A stretch of DNA of 63,720 bases, filler included, from Octopus bimaculoides (lineage: Eukaryota): the NCBI RefSeq assembly GCF_001194135.2. It is 7 parts of 7 records of this genome, joined end to end, with 100 filler letters (N's around TTAATTAATTAA, not from the genome) between each part and the next. Parts side by side here need not be neighbours in the genome. Positions count along the whole stretch, not along the records: positions 1 to 11,430 come from NC_068987.1; positions 11,531 to 20,999 come from NC_069000.1; 5 more parts are not named here. One strand, 5' to 3'. The notes beneath the pieces are model-generated. The model did not search any database and was not told the DNA's origin. It was given only the letters and a program-made list of their open reading frames with translations. This document shows, piece by piece, positions 1 to 12,357 of the stretch. Every line of letters starts with the position of its first letter. The stretch's first letter is position 1. A program made the translations under genes and the position numbers.

Positions 1-37
<37 letters not shown>

Positions 38-559
38 CGTGTATGTCAAATATGCACTTGTATATCAATATAATATATCAGGTATAATGTCATTAGATAT
101 ATGTGTATACTGTAGCTTTGTATTCATGATCAGCAGTTTGATTATGTGGAATTCTGTATTAAAATAGGTACAATAAAAAAAATTTTTTACCCGTACCCTT
201 CCGCTTATTGTTCTTCCTTTCTCTTTCTAATTTCCATTAATAAGCTCTGCACTTACTAATTTACTGAGTTATTAAATTCTGTGAGCTGCATGCTTTTTAA
301 ATTTCATCGACGTTTATTATCAAACAAAAGCACAAGTCACGAAAGTGTTTTATCTTAACCTTAGATGTACTCAATTGTGTTATCTTTTATCCTTCAAGAC
401 TGTGGGTATGACTCTGCAATTACGGATTGTCAAATAATTGATGAGGTCGTGGATGGCGACGAAAGGACACCTGTTTGATTGATTGGTCTAATGTTTGACA
501 TCTTAATTGGTTAATTAACTGGTGTATCTAATTAGTAATCAAACTGCTTCCTAACAGGT

Positions 560-654
560 CGAAGGATATCAAAATGAAGAGTCGGATTGTTGCCCTGCAG
601 AAAAGTTCCATCCTGTATTCTACAAGTATCCTAAGAGAGATCATATCGATTTGA
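560..654 (+). mobile_element. C-terminal remnant of an RLE-type (R4/Dong-like) non-LTR retrotransposon
   Basis: 580-654 translates SRIVALQKSSILYSTSILREIISI*, matching the LQKxxLLGTAxILRxxL terminus also seen at 14250-14390. Confidence 0.6.
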
Positions 655-792
655 GGAGACGTTTTGTCACCAAACTACAAATACAATTTTCTTGCTAATT
701 TACATAGCACGTTATAGATTTAATAGTGATGCTGATGATGATCATAACAAGAACAACAACATCGAAGATGATGATGATAATAATAACGATTT

Positions 793-1665
793 CATTTATT
801 TTCCACAGGGGCGAAGGATGAGGGGACAATACAGAGACAGACATAAAGTGTGGGGGTTTACATATAATAATGAAATGATAAATAAGAAAGTATACACGGC
901 ATACACTGGAAAAGAAGAGACATATGCATAGCATGCAAAGGTACAAAAAAGTCGGGGTTGGAGTATGATAGAGATGTGACCCCCCTGATACAGGAACGCC
1001 CCTAGGGATAATCGTGGAAACCCACTGTTCGAGATGTCCCTGAAATCCTATGAGCAAGTGCCTTCTCCAGTTCTTTCTCTCCGACTCAGAGGTCTACACT
1101 TAGGGAGGTACCATCCACTCTTGCCATTTTTGCAACTTTCACCCACCTTTCGATAAGTCTACTCGAGGACACCATTTCCATCTCCACTCTCAATTTCCTT
1201 TTCAAGTGAAACTTGAAAAAGTCATTGAGAGTTCTAGCTAAGAGGAATGTATCTGTCCTCAAGCTTTTCTTGTCCAGCAAACAAACCTCTTTCGCCACAG
1301 CCACCAGGCAAAGGAAAACTGCCTTGCTTGACCGATTGAAGGGGTATGGTAGTGCAATCTTCCCTACAAACTCGGCCGAGAGACGGATCCGTCCTACATG
1401 TGACCGAAGCTATTCAACATAACCCCAGAAGTCAGCAATGCTCGGACACTGAACGAGAGCGTGCAGAACGATTTCGTCACTCTGTACGCACCTCGGACAA
1501 GTCCGTCTGACAGTGCATCCATGCCTTTGGTGCATGTCTCGAACCAGTAGCGTCCCCAACCCCCGTAGCACTGCCAATCCAAGGACATCTGGAAATTATC
1601 CATGATAGTTCCCGATAGGAAAGTTCTCCGCAACAGACTAGCCAGTTAATTCGCTTCGACGAGCA
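793..1665 (-). mobile_element. 5'-truncated Tx1/L1-like LINE 3' end (copy 1, degenerate)
   Basis: Minus-strand ORFs 1394-1633 (MDNFQMSLDWQCYGG) and 1086-1304 (AVAKEV...FFKFHLKRKLRVE...RW) are homologous to the second copy at 2425-3530. AATAAA near 796-801 on the minus strand. Confidence 0.75.
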
Positions 1666-1719
1666 CTCTTCCTAACCCTGATGCAGTACCTGACAGTGGG
1701 TCTCATGGCTTGGAAAAAT

Positions 1720-2020
1720 ATCTGGAGTAATGAAAATTCTGACTGGGTTATAAGCACATAAGGATCCTACCAAAACTTACCAGAACAAGCATGGGAAGAC
1801 ATCGCAATAGCAGAGCAAAGGATGACACTCCCGAAGGCTCATAAGTGTAAATCTCCTGGTAATGATAGGGTGCCAAATTTCTGGCTCGCCTCACCCACGT
1901 GCGCACACGATAAGTTAGTCCAGTTATTCAATGAAATTATAAGAGATCCTACGAAAACCTCTGACTGGTTAGCAAGAAGTATTACTTACTTACTCCTGAA
2001 GAAGAATGAATCTAAAAGGA
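1720..2020 (+). mobile_element. Internal RT-domain fragment of an R4/Dong-like LINE
   Basis: KSPGNDRVPNFWLAS...LVQLFNEII...DWLARSITYLLLK resembles the N-terminal RT region (KxPGxDx..FWLK...W...GxTxLIxK) of RLE-clade LINEs. Confidence 0.7.
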
Positions 2021-2360
2021 TGAAAGGCAAAATCGACCTCGGCGGAATTTGTACTCAGAACGTAAAGACGAAATACCGCCGAACATTTCACCTGGCGTGC
2101 TAACGTTTCTTATTTTTTCATTGCCCACAAGGGGCTAAACATAGAGGGGACAAACGGGGACAGACAAAGGGATTAAGTCGATTATATCGATCCGAGTGCG
2201 TTACTGGTACTTAATTTATCGACCCCGAAAGAATGGAAGGTAAAGTCGACCTCGGCGGAATTTGAACTCAGAACATAAGGCAAACGAAATACCAATTTCT
2301 TTATTGCCCACCAGGGGCTAAACATAGAAATGGACAGAACAACTGATGGGATCAGTGAAT
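2020..2360 (-). mobile_element. tRNA-derived SINE family A, head-to-tail multimer (3 partial units)
   Basis: Repeated B-box region (GAGTTCAAATTCCGCCGAGGTCGA on the minus strand) and the CTATGTTTAGCCCC...GTGGGCAAT tail. Homologous to 28628-28835, 46615-46785 and 50615-51046. Confidence 0.85.
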
Positions 2361-2424
2361 CGATATGATTTTTCATAAAATATGACATTTAAAATTTAAA
2401 TGAAACATTAAAAAAATTGAATGA

Positions 2425-3530
2425 AATTAACAATACAGGGACAATACAAATGGAGCGATGATCAGGCCACGCTCCGACCCCACAGGCCCCGATCTATCGC
2501 TGGTACCTTTTTTGTTCTCTTTTTTTCCCCGACTATTCACACGGTTCCTTGCACGCACAACACTCTTTTGGAACGAACACTCCGACAGACATCTCTTTTC
2601 CAGCCACACCTTCCTTTTAAATGAAAAGTAAAAAATGATCGTAAACTGTGGCCAGAGATAAAGTTGCCTGTCTTAATTCTTTTTATCCTAGTCTTCCATA
2701 CTGCCTGTTTCGCTATTGCTACAACCGTGAGAAAACAATTCTTAGCTCCGCTTGTTAAAACTCCCGGTGGGTCAATTTTTATAATTGACTCAGTCGACAG
2801 CTGTACTCTTCCTTCGCCGGACAACAGGTGTTCAGCATAAGCCCACATCTCAGATATCTCCGGACACTGAACAATAGCGTGAGGGACGGTTTCCGTGTCC
2901 GCCCCGCTCCCCGCATCTTGGACATGTTGGCGACTGACGCTTACCGTGTCTTGCGAGTTTATCACAAACGGACAAAACACCTCTGTAGCATTGCCAGGTC
3001 AAGGAGTTTTGGAAGTTGTCCAACGTTCTCAACCCGAATGTACGGTGAAACAGGCTACCCAGTTGAATAAACCCGAAACCTAGAGTCACCCCCAGGCCTT
3101 CGCCGCATTCAGATTCTACCAATCCACTATATAAAATCCGTGTGGAACCCTTACTGCTGGCGTTGCCCGAGCGACGGAATATCAAGAGGGCCTTACGGCA
3201 CTCTTTATGCCATTCACTCGACCTCGGTCTACGAGAACATCAGTCTTCTTGTTCGCAAAAACTTTTGAACTCGGGGAACATTTGTCTGGCCAGCGGAAAC
3301 CACACTCTTTAACTATCAGGCAAATTCAGAGGTGCCTCAATCTCAATGCATGCCTGCGCATCATTAATCAAGGCATCCCTAAACCTCCATTTAAAAGCTT
3401 TTGACAGTAGACAGATAGTTCCACAAGTGGCGACCTGCCCTTCCACAAAAAGCGAAAGAGCTGCCTCTCCAACCTGATCAACCACGAATCCGGACTGGGC
3501 ACGACGGTCAGGCGAGAAACACATTGGCCG
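2425..3530 (-). mobile_element. 5'-truncated Tx1/L1-like LINE 3' end (copy 2)
   Basis: GGLGMP motif near 3370-3390, then the zinc-knuckle CPRC...ETVPHAIVQC and C-terminal AIAKQAVWKTR...FFTFHL, interrupted by frameshifts and stops. Confidence 0.85.
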
Positions 3531-3559
3531 CCTCCACCCTCCCTCTAGCCTCCTCAGCT

Positions 3560-3775
3560 GGCATCATTGAGTAGTACCTGTATTTGAAAGAGCCAAACCT
3601 TGGCATATTCTGTGTCAGGCTGAATCTCACTGAGAACTAAGTTAAGGGTACGCGTGTCTGTGAGGTGCTCAGCCAAATGCATATTAATTTTACTAGCAGG
3701 TTGTTTCGTTAATCGGCTCAACTGGGACCTACGTCGTCATAATCGACGAAGTACAATTTTCAATCGTTGGACAGC
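3560..3775 (+). mobile_element. 3' portion of a SINE family (family D tail)
   Basis: Motif GCTGAATCTC...TTAAGGGTAC.CGTGTCTGTG..GTGCTCAGCCA recurs in reverse complement at 15490-15625 and 46065-46165. Confidence 0.6.
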
Positions 3776-4750
3776 AGCCATGATGGGGAACCAACAAGAA
3801 GAGTTTTAGTCGAAACCAATCGGCTTATTCTAGCATTTATTTCTTTTAAAGCTCGGTATTTATTTTATCCGTGTATGTTACGCGCATGAACAAACCGACC
3901 CGGTTGTCAAGCTGTTTTGGAAGACAAAAACAATAACTAATACACACACACCTCAATATATATACACATGTATGATATATATACACACATACATGCATNN
4001 NNNNNNNNNNNNNNNNNNNNNNNNNNNNNNNNNNNNNNNNNNNNNNNNNNNNNNNNNNNNNNNNNNNNNNNNNNNNNNNNNNNNNNNNNNNNNNNNNNNN
4101 NNNNNNNNNNNNNNNNNNNNNNNNNNNNNNNNNNNNNNNNNNNNNNNNNNNNNNNNNNNNNNNNNNNNNNNNNNNNNNNNNNNNNNNNNNNNNNNNNNNN
4201 NNNNNNNNNNNNNNNNNNNNNNNNNNNNNNNNNNNNNNNNNNNNNNNNNNNNNNNNNNNNNNNNNNNNNNNNNNNNNNNNNNNNNNNNNNNNNNNNNNNN
4301 NNNNNNNNNNNNNNNNNNNNNNNNNNNNNNNNNNNNNNNNNNNNNNNNNNNNNNNNNNNNNNNNNNNNNNNNNNNNNNNNNNNNNNNNNNNNNNNNNNNN
4401 NNNNNNNNNNNNNNNNNNNNNNNNNNNNNNNNNNNNNNNNNNNNNNNNNNNNNNNNNNNNNNNNNNNNNNNNNNNNNNNNNNNNNNNNNNNNNNNNNNNN
4501 NNNNNNNNNNNNNNNNNNNNNNNNNNNNNNNNNNNNNNNNNNNNNNNNNNNNNNNNNNNNNNNNNNNNNNNNNNNNNNNNNNNNNNNNNNNNNNNNNNNN
4601 NNNNNNNNNNNNNNNNNNNNNNNNNNNNNNNNNNNNNNNNNNNNNNNNNNNNNNNNNNNNNNNNNNNNNNNNNNNNNNNNNNNNNNNNNNNNNNNNNNNN
4701 NNNNNNNNNNNNNNNNNNNNNNNNNNNNNNNNNNNNNNNNNNNNNNNNNN

Positions 4751-5450
4751 AAACCTCCTAGAAGGTTCAGAATTCCTCTTCAAAGAGGGACAAAAATTCA
4801 AAGTTAAATCTGACTTTACTTGTGCCTCAGAGAACCTTATCTATGTAATAAGATGCTCGGGCTGCAACGAACACTACATAGGGTCCACAGGATTATCATT
4901 TAGACGCAGATGCACTCTGCATCGACAGCAGATTGCATACCCAGAATACCGAATGATACCCTTTAGTGAGCATATTGAGAAATGCGGAAAACAAATGCTA
5001 CCACAATTTATAATCTTTCCTTTCTACCAATGTGCTATTAGAACACCAACATAAATTAGATTAAATAAGGAAACCCATCACCCCACTGAGAAGGAAAAAA
5101 TATAGAACTAAACCTAATATACTGTTCCTTCTAAACCAAACCAGGGTAAATTAATCAAAATCTACCACCTCCTGCATTTCGATTACTTCCCTTATACCGG
5201 AAGAAATCCCTAATTACTTCCCCCTATATAAAACTCTTTTTTGTACACTGGAGTGAACACATGTTACAATGAAGTAGATAAATTTGAAAAGACAACACGA
5301 AACCGGTTATTTCTCAAAAATACAATGTTTATATACCAAAAAAATTTATAACATTTTTCTGACATAATTTAAATATAAACTTTAACCATGTAACACAAGC
5401 CTTCTGTAGTTTTTTCACTCTTATTATCTTTATACATCCAACCACGTGCT
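4751..5450 (+). mobile_element. Penelope-like element 3' end: GIY-YIG endonuclease remnant plus 3' UTR
   Basis: FTCASENLIYVIRCSGCNEHYIGSTGLSFRRRCTLHRQQI is a GIY-YIG domain with CxxC. The 3' UTR recurs inverted at 29487-29632. Confidence 0.85.
5277..5315 (+). ncRNA. Eroded minimal type I hammerhead motif (U3-A8 variant)
   Basis: gataaat-TTGAAAA-gacaacac-GAAA-ccgg-T-T-atttctc. Stem I aaat/attt, palindromic stem III ACCGGT, stem II largely lost. Confidence 0.4.
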
Positions 5451-5516
5451 TTCACATTCCAACTTTCTCACCTATACATATATATATACATATATGTGTG
5501 TGTGTGTGTGTGTGTA

Positions 5517-6276
5517 TTGGATCATCCCATAAATAATGTGGTTTTTTTATACTTCTTTTTCTTTCAAAATCCAGATAAACATATTTCTTTATAAATCTAA
5601 AATATACACTTCATTTTCTACAATACTCTTCCATCTTGCAAGGCTCCTCTTCCAAAATTCACTTGCCGTGACGAAAATTACTTCTCCAGTACTGTTCTGA
5701 CGTAGTCTACAAAATTCATATCTTTTCCCTCCAAATGATTTTGAAGACTGCGGATTAAATGATAATCAGTTAGGGCAATGTCCCGCAAATATAACGGGTG
5801 GGGTATCGTTTCCCATTCAAACTGCTCCAGCCTTTATAATGTCATCTTTGCTGTATGTAGCCGAGCATTATTCTGATGGAAGAACATCTTTCGTCTTGAA
5901 AACACATATGGTCTTTTTTCTAGGCTGTAGTTTCCAACTCTAAATTTCTGGAACGACCGTTGACACTGGCTTACGCTTATTGTCGGGTCCCCATATACTG
6001 CATTAATATTACTCGCATTTTCTGTTGCGTTGTTGCCTTTATTGAACACATAAAGCAAAATATACCGAATATGCTCCTTTGTCACTTCCATTATAGTTTT
6101 GAAAAAAATAACAGTTAAAAATTGAACTTCACTCTTCAAAATTTGCACTAAGAATAAAGATGAGGTAAAATCTCTACTTCCTTTTAAGGCAAGTTGAAGC
6201 AGGTAGTTAATTCCGACCCCTTCGACTTCTAGTTAATGCAATTGAAAAAAACCGCATTATTTATGAGATGATCCAA
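5517..6276 (-). mobile_element. Internally deleted mariner element with intact TIRs
   Basis: About 30-bp TIRs TTGGATCATCCCATAAATAATGTGGTTTTT / AAAAACCGCATTATTTATGAGATGATCCAA, with TA at the left end. The N-terminal HTH (KEHIRYILLYVFNKG...FQKFRVG) is fused directly to FHQNNARLH. Confidence 0.9.
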
Positions 6277-6280
6277 AATG

Positions 6281-6468
6281 TAGAGTTGGCCAAAAGTCGC
6301 CTGACAGTAAGTTAAAACCATTTAATTCCAAGATATGTTTATGGTTAACAACTGAATGAAGTTGATAAAACCATCTAAATAAACGGTGATTTTAACTCAC
6401 AGCATTCAATCTTTAAACACTCTATGGAATTTTGATTTACTGTCGAGTGACTTGTGGCCAACCCTGTA
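6281..6468. mobile_element. Tc1/mariner-type MITE
   Basis: Terminal inverted repeats AGAGTTGGCCAAAAGTCGCCTGACAGTAA and TTACTGTCGAGTGACTTGTGGCCAACCCTGTA; right end in a TA context. Confidence 0.7.
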
Positions 6469-6474
6469 TATATA

Positions 6475-6570
6475 AAAATGTCATCCTCGCTGTATGTGCT
6501 CGAGCTTTATCCCAATGGAAGAATGCCTTTCCTCTTGAAACCAGAGATAGTCGTTTTCCTTCTAGCGCTG
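6475..6570 (-). mobile_element. Short mariner transposase fragment
   Basis: Homologous to 5840-5900 and 49035-49140 (HQDNARPH region). Confidence 0.65.
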
Positions 6571-6572
6571 AC

Positions 6573-6604
<32 letters not shown>

Positions 6605-6829
6605 GAGTTATTAATATTTCTAAGTCTCTCTAAAAGAGACTACGGCAGCGGTACTGGAAATTAATAGTTATCGCCAAGCCAACATGGCAGTCCCAAAATT
6701 AGGACGAAAGCTGCCGTGAATTAGCTCCAAGAATCCATCGCCACTAGCTAGCTATGTGACACACGAAACCTGTGTCCTTTATAACCTTCGAACAGGGGAG
6801 GTCAGCAGTTTCCCCCTGCTGGTTTGGCA

Positions 6830-6871
6830 TCTGCAGACTAGTTTCAGGGTGTTGCCCCTTGTCAATGCAGA
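6830..6871 (-). ncRNA. Minimal type I hammerhead ribozyme with compensatory U3-A8 pair
   Basis: Minus strand UCUGCA-UUGACAA-GGGG-CAACA-CCCU-GAAAC-UA-GUC-UGCAGA. 6-bp stem I, 4-bp stem II, palindromic stem III (ACUAGU), GUC cleavage triplet. Confidence 0.75.
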
Positions 6872-7425
6872 GCAGCCAAGCCCCNNNNNNNNNNNNNNNN
6901 NNNNNNNNNNNNNNNNNNNNNNNNNNNNNNNNNNNNNNNNNNNNNNNNNNNNNNNNNNNNNNNNNNNNNNNNNNNNNNNNNNNNNNNNNNNNNNNNNNNN
7001 NNNNNNNNNNNNNNNNNNNNNNNNNNNNNNNNNNNNNNNNNNNNNNNNNNNNNNNNNNNNNNNNNNNNNNNNNNNNNNNNNNNNNNNNNNNNNNNNNNNN
7101 NNNNNNNNNNNNNNNNNNNNNNNNNNNNNNNNNNNNNNNNNNNNNNNNNNNNNNNNNNNNNNNNNNNNNNNNNNNNNNNNNNNNNNNNNNNNNNNNNNNN
7201 NNNNNNNNNNNNNNNNNNNNNNNNNNNNNNNNNNNNNNNNNNNNNNNNNNNNNNNNNNNNNNNNNNNNNNNNNNNNNNNNNNNNNNNNNNNNNNNNNNNN
7301 NNNNNNNNNNNNNNNNNNNNNNNNNNNNNNNNNNNNNNNNNNNNNNNNNNNNNNNNNNNNNNNNNNNNNNNNNNNNNNNNNNNNNNNNNNNNNNNNNNNN
7401 NNNNNNNNNNNNNNNNNNNNNNNNN

Positions 7426-7457
<32 letters not shown>

Positions 7458-8988
7458 AAGTTCGTTGAGTTTCCATGTACTAGTTCCACTCACGAGGCTT
7501 TGGCAAGGTGCCGTGCAAAGCCATATAATCAGAGACAAGTTTCTTAACCGCACATCCACATCTATGCCTATTATATACTATGTTTTATGTTATATATGTA
7601 CACTTGTATGGCATCTTTTTTGTCAACTTAGTACTTTCTGAAAAACAGTATATACACATGGAAATATAGTGAGATGTCTATTTTGTTGTCCAATAAAAGT
7701 TACACTATCAACACTCAGTGTTATCTACCAATTGTAATTAACACACCTCTGCCTTTCTACTGAATGATGCGACTGTGTCTTTCACACGGAAGCGATAAAC
7801 CTGAAGAATGTTTCACGTTTGAACATACTTTAAAATATAGACATGTTTTCCTGTTTTAATTATAAACCGTAGATAACCTTGTTTGGTTAAATCACATAAC
7901 AACGAAAATAATACTTTCATTCTATAGATAATATTTTCAGCCACAAGAAATGTGAATAATTTTCTAGCATTTGCAGTTACGAGCTAAATAATTTCCTCGC
8001 CGTTACAGCTCTATCTCTAAACAACTAACACAACAGGCAGGTTGATTTCAATTGTAGATGTTATCTATACCTCCCATATAATATGAACTAGGTTTTGAAG
8101 AAAATGATATATTCTTTATCTTGTTCCATGTTTCAATAAATCACCAGGTTACCCACAATCTGTGTTAAGCATAAAATCTTTTTTATGTTCAGATTAGCGT
8201 ATTTTATCAATCACCTAGTTTTTATCGCTGTAATAGTAAGACTATACTAACCCAAATGATATTCATGTAACCAATTATGAAAAATTAAAATCCAGTTGGA
8301 AGTAACATGAACCCAGCAAACGTACACATACTCACACATTCATGCAATCACAAGTACTCACAAACACACACACGTATATATTTTTATGAAGCGTCTACCA
8401 GGCACTCATATCCTTATCAGTCAGTAACGATGCAATAAAACAACTTGGATTTCATTTATGGAGAAAAAGTTTTCCCCAAGTATACTTTTCAATAGTAAAA
8501 ATATGATACTGTTGAATATACATTATCTTTTTAAACAGTTGGTTGGCATTGTACATAGAACGTTTCTGTACTTGTAAACTGAAGCTCTTAGTATTACACT
8601 GTAATATGACAATCTTGGTCGTTACTCGCAAGCGAGTATAATTTGCTAGCGTGTACATCACATTCACATATTGCTTTAGGTGCTTATATAGTTGCGAACA
8701 GACATAGAAACCATTTCTCTGCCTAATCATGTATAGACCCCGCACAACACCCTGGATGCGATAACTGGATGGAGAAAAGGTCAGTCAAGCACTGGACTGA
8801 AAGTACATCAGTTGAATAGACTGTAGAAACGTGAAATGAAATGCCTTGTTCAAGGAGATCGCGCATCATGAAATCCAGGAATTAAAAACCTGTGGTCTTA
8901 TGACCGTGGATCCAAGATTCTAACCATTAGCTTAATGCATAAAGGGATATTGTGAGCAGGTAAAAGATTCTTGAAAAAATTGAGAGAA

Positions 8989-9038
<50 letters not shown>

Positions 9039-9039
9039 T

Positions 9040-9076
<37 letters not shown>

Positions 9077-9967
9077 NNNNNNNNNNNNNNNNNNNNNNNN
9101 NNNNNNNNNNNNNNNNNNNNNNNNNNNNNNNNNNNNNNNNNNNNNNNNNNNNNNNNNNNNNNNNNNNNNNNNNNNNNNNNNNNNNNNNNNNNNNNNNNNN
9201 NNNNNNNNNNNNNNNNNNNNNNNNNNNNNNNNNNNNNNNNNNNNNNNNNNNNNNNNNNNNNNNNNNNNNNNNNNNNNNNNNNNNNNNNNNNNNNNNNNNN
9301 NNNNNNNNNNNNNNNNNNNNNNNNNNNNNNNNNNNNNNNNNNNNNNNNNNNNNNNNNNNNNNNNNNNNNNNNNNNNNNNNNNNNNNNNNNNNNNNNNAGG
9401 TTCAATGTCAAGTTAGCCTTGTCAAATCGTCGGCACCCAAGCAACCGTGCCCACTCATATCATTCCGAGTGAATAATAAAAAAAAAAGAAAAAACGTTAA
9501 GAGGAAGTGATGGGAGTAGTTTACTGGAAAGCATCTATAGGGAAGAAGATGCGGCTGAAATATTCGCAATTTTAGAGAAATATATGCCGTTGTAAAAAGT
9601 AAAACGAAAGACGACACATCAGATTACTACCTTGTCACTCTAATTGCAAGAAATAACAGCCGAATAGCTTTCAAATCGTATAACAATCTTTAAAAATGGA
9701 CGAAAACCCTGAGATATTGTAATAATATATAACCTCAAAATATGGGATTGCCAACTAGAATACCGTTCAATAAAGGTGTTTGTGATATGGGCTTAGGTAT
9801 GGCTAAATTATAACATAAACATCAATATTTGTCGGCATCACTGCTAATAAATAATAACGAATGGAAAGCAGTTCAATTAAAACTCAAAGGTTGTAGTCGA
9901 TATATTTCACTATTAAAAATATCACACTTTTAAATATATTTTCTTAAGTCATTCAAGAACGTTAATA

Positions 9968-10082
9968 AATCAGATTCGTTTCAAGGTGAAATATGTATTA
10001 AAATAATTCACATTCATTTCAAGGGGAGATATGTATTAAAATAAATCACATTCGTTTCAAGGGGAAATATGTACTAACATAA
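9968..10082. repeat. 38-bp minisatellite, about 3 copies
   Basis: Unit ATTCGTTTCAAGGGGAAATATGTATTAAAATAAATCAC starting at about 9975, 10013 and 10051. Confidence 0.85.
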
Positions 10083-10204
10083 AACAGGTCCACCGTATAT
10101 GATCTTTTGATCGATAACAGGCGAGGAATGAACAATGTCCCGTGGTGTGTGTGAATTTTCTTTTTGTTCGTTTGTTGTGTTACTGTTGAAATTTTGAAAC
10201 TTAT

Positions 10205-10289
<85 letters not shown>

Positions 10290-10290
<1 letters not shown>

Positions 10291-10430
10291 ATGGGCTTCC
10301 ACAGTTTCTGTGTCCGAAATTCATTCGGAACGCATTGGTCGGCTCAGGGTTATAAAAGGAAACACTCGCCTAAGGTGGAACATGAACTGAAAGTACGTGA
10401 TTGCAAATGAACTTAACCTCAGCCATACAC
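10290..10430 (-). mobile_element. SINE family B copy (degenerate)
   Basis: Reverse complement of the GGCTGTGTGGTAAG...GGTTCAGTCCCACT...CCAAAGCCTTGTGAGTGGATTTGG consensus seen at 18295 and 41129. Confidence 0.6.
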
Positions 10431-11046
10431 GCATACTTAAATCGAGATTAATACCTAGTTGACAGAATGTAGGTTTAGAGATGGGAAAATAAAATTACGA
10501 ATTCAGGGCATTTAATTCGACAGCCTACTGTTCTTGCCAGTCTGGAGACATTGAAAAGAACTTTATATTAAATGGATGTTAAGAGTGATACTGTCATTGA
10601 CAGATAATAAAGTATAATGAGCGTGAAAGGAGTGGAATTCTCAGTATAATGACCATAGTGGTTAATTAGTCAATTAGTTAATGAAACTTCATTTACATTT
10701 TGGTCTCGAGACTCAGGTTCAGTTATTTAAGATTACCTTTATTGTCGCTATAATGAGCTAAGGGAAGTTAATTAGGACAATTTTAAATGAGAATCATTTA
10801 TTGAATATAGTTTAAATCTTCAAAATAGAATAATTCGGGGCGTTAAGGAGCCAACAAATCCCTAAGCATAATATATATAGAAACCATCAATAAAGGATCA
10901 GTCCATTACTGGAAACGGTCCTCTCTCCCACTATCACTCTCTGTCTGTCTATCTGTCTCTGTCTATCTGTCTCTGTCTCTGTCTCTGTCTGTCTCTCTCT
11001 CTCTCTGCTCTCTCTGTTCTCTCTTTCCCTCTACTCTCACTCTCAC

Positions 11047-11081
<35 letters not shown>

Positions 11082-11107
11082 CTATATATATATATAANNN
11101 NNNNNNN

Positions 11108-11147
<40 letters not shown>

Positions 11148-11430
11148 TATTTGATTCGTATTCTGTACGACATCAGATTTCGAAGCCCTTCACGTTTCGA
11201 ACCCTTTCTCGTCGGGCTCGTGGGACAGTGCGTCTGGTATCTATGGGGCTTGTAAACATATGAGCTTGTGTGCGCGTGTGCAAGCGTATATGAGTTTGTG
11301 TGTATATATGTGAGAGTAAGGTTTATGTGCGTGTCTGTACGTCTTTGTCTGCGTATGTATATGTGCGTGTATGCGTATGGAAGTGTGTATGTATATATTT
11401 GTGCGGATGTGCAGGTATATGTTTGTGTGT

Positions 11431-11530
11431 NNNNNNNNNNNNNNNNNNNNNNNNNNNNNNNNNNNNNNNNNNNNTTAATTAATTAANNNNNNNNNNNNNN
11501 NNNNNNNNNNNNNNNNNNNNNNNNNNNNNN
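11431..11530. other. Assembly spacer N44-TTAATTAATTAA-N44 (also at 21000-21099, 32688-32787, 46422-46521, 60211-60310, 62616-62715)
   Basis: Identical 100-bp construct six times. The 12-mer gives stop codons in all six frames. Confidence 0.95.
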
Positions 11531-11612
<82 letters not shown>

Positions 11613-11795
11613 AGTAGTTATCGGTTACCTCAGTGAAATTCCTACATACGCACGCACAGATATACATGCACGCATGAATGAGTGGATGTATTTATGTATG
11701 CATGTATGTAGGCATCTATGTATATATACATTTATATGTATGCATAGATACATATACAAAAATATATACACATATATCTACACATAAATATATAG

Positions 11796-11869
<74 letters not shown>

Positions 11870-12024
11870 GTGTGTGTTTGTATGTGTATGTTATATAAGT
11901 ATAATTCTATATACATATTTATAAATATGCATGTGGGTGTATGTATGTATGTATGTATGTATGACTATATGATGTGTATATATTTTTAACGTCGTATACC
12001 TATTATATATGTATGTGTATGTGA

Positions 12025-12071
<47 letters not shown>

Positions 12072-12264
12072 AAAAGTAGATGATATCGATATATTAATTA
12101 TTCCATACAGAACCAGATGATATCTAGTCATTTAGAGAAGAAGGCATATTTCTTTCAGTTAATAAACGTAACATACTCTATGTGGTTGTCTTTCTTCAGT
12201 ATCCACTACAGTTTGCACGAAATATATGTAGGATGATGATGATGATGATGACGACGACGACGAC

Positions 12265-12301
<37 letters not shown>

Positions 12302-12316
12302 ATGATGATGATGATA

Positions 12317-12354
<38 letters not shown>

Positions 12355-12357
<3 letters not shown>

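Noticed and set aside
8592-8638. Two short adjacent palindromes (TATTAC-ACT-GTAATA and TACTCGC-AA-GCGAGTA)
   Set aside because: 6-7-bp stems are expected by chance in a window this size.
9968-10082. CRISPR-like or other prokaryotic repeat system
   Set aside because: Repeats are tandem without unique spacers, no cas genes are present, and the sequence is eukaryotic.
11165-11215. Hammerhead-like CCGACGA-GAA-AGGG-TTC-GAAACGT on the minus strand
   Set aside because: U4 altered, position 17 is G, and stem I is not adjacent; at best a dead relic.
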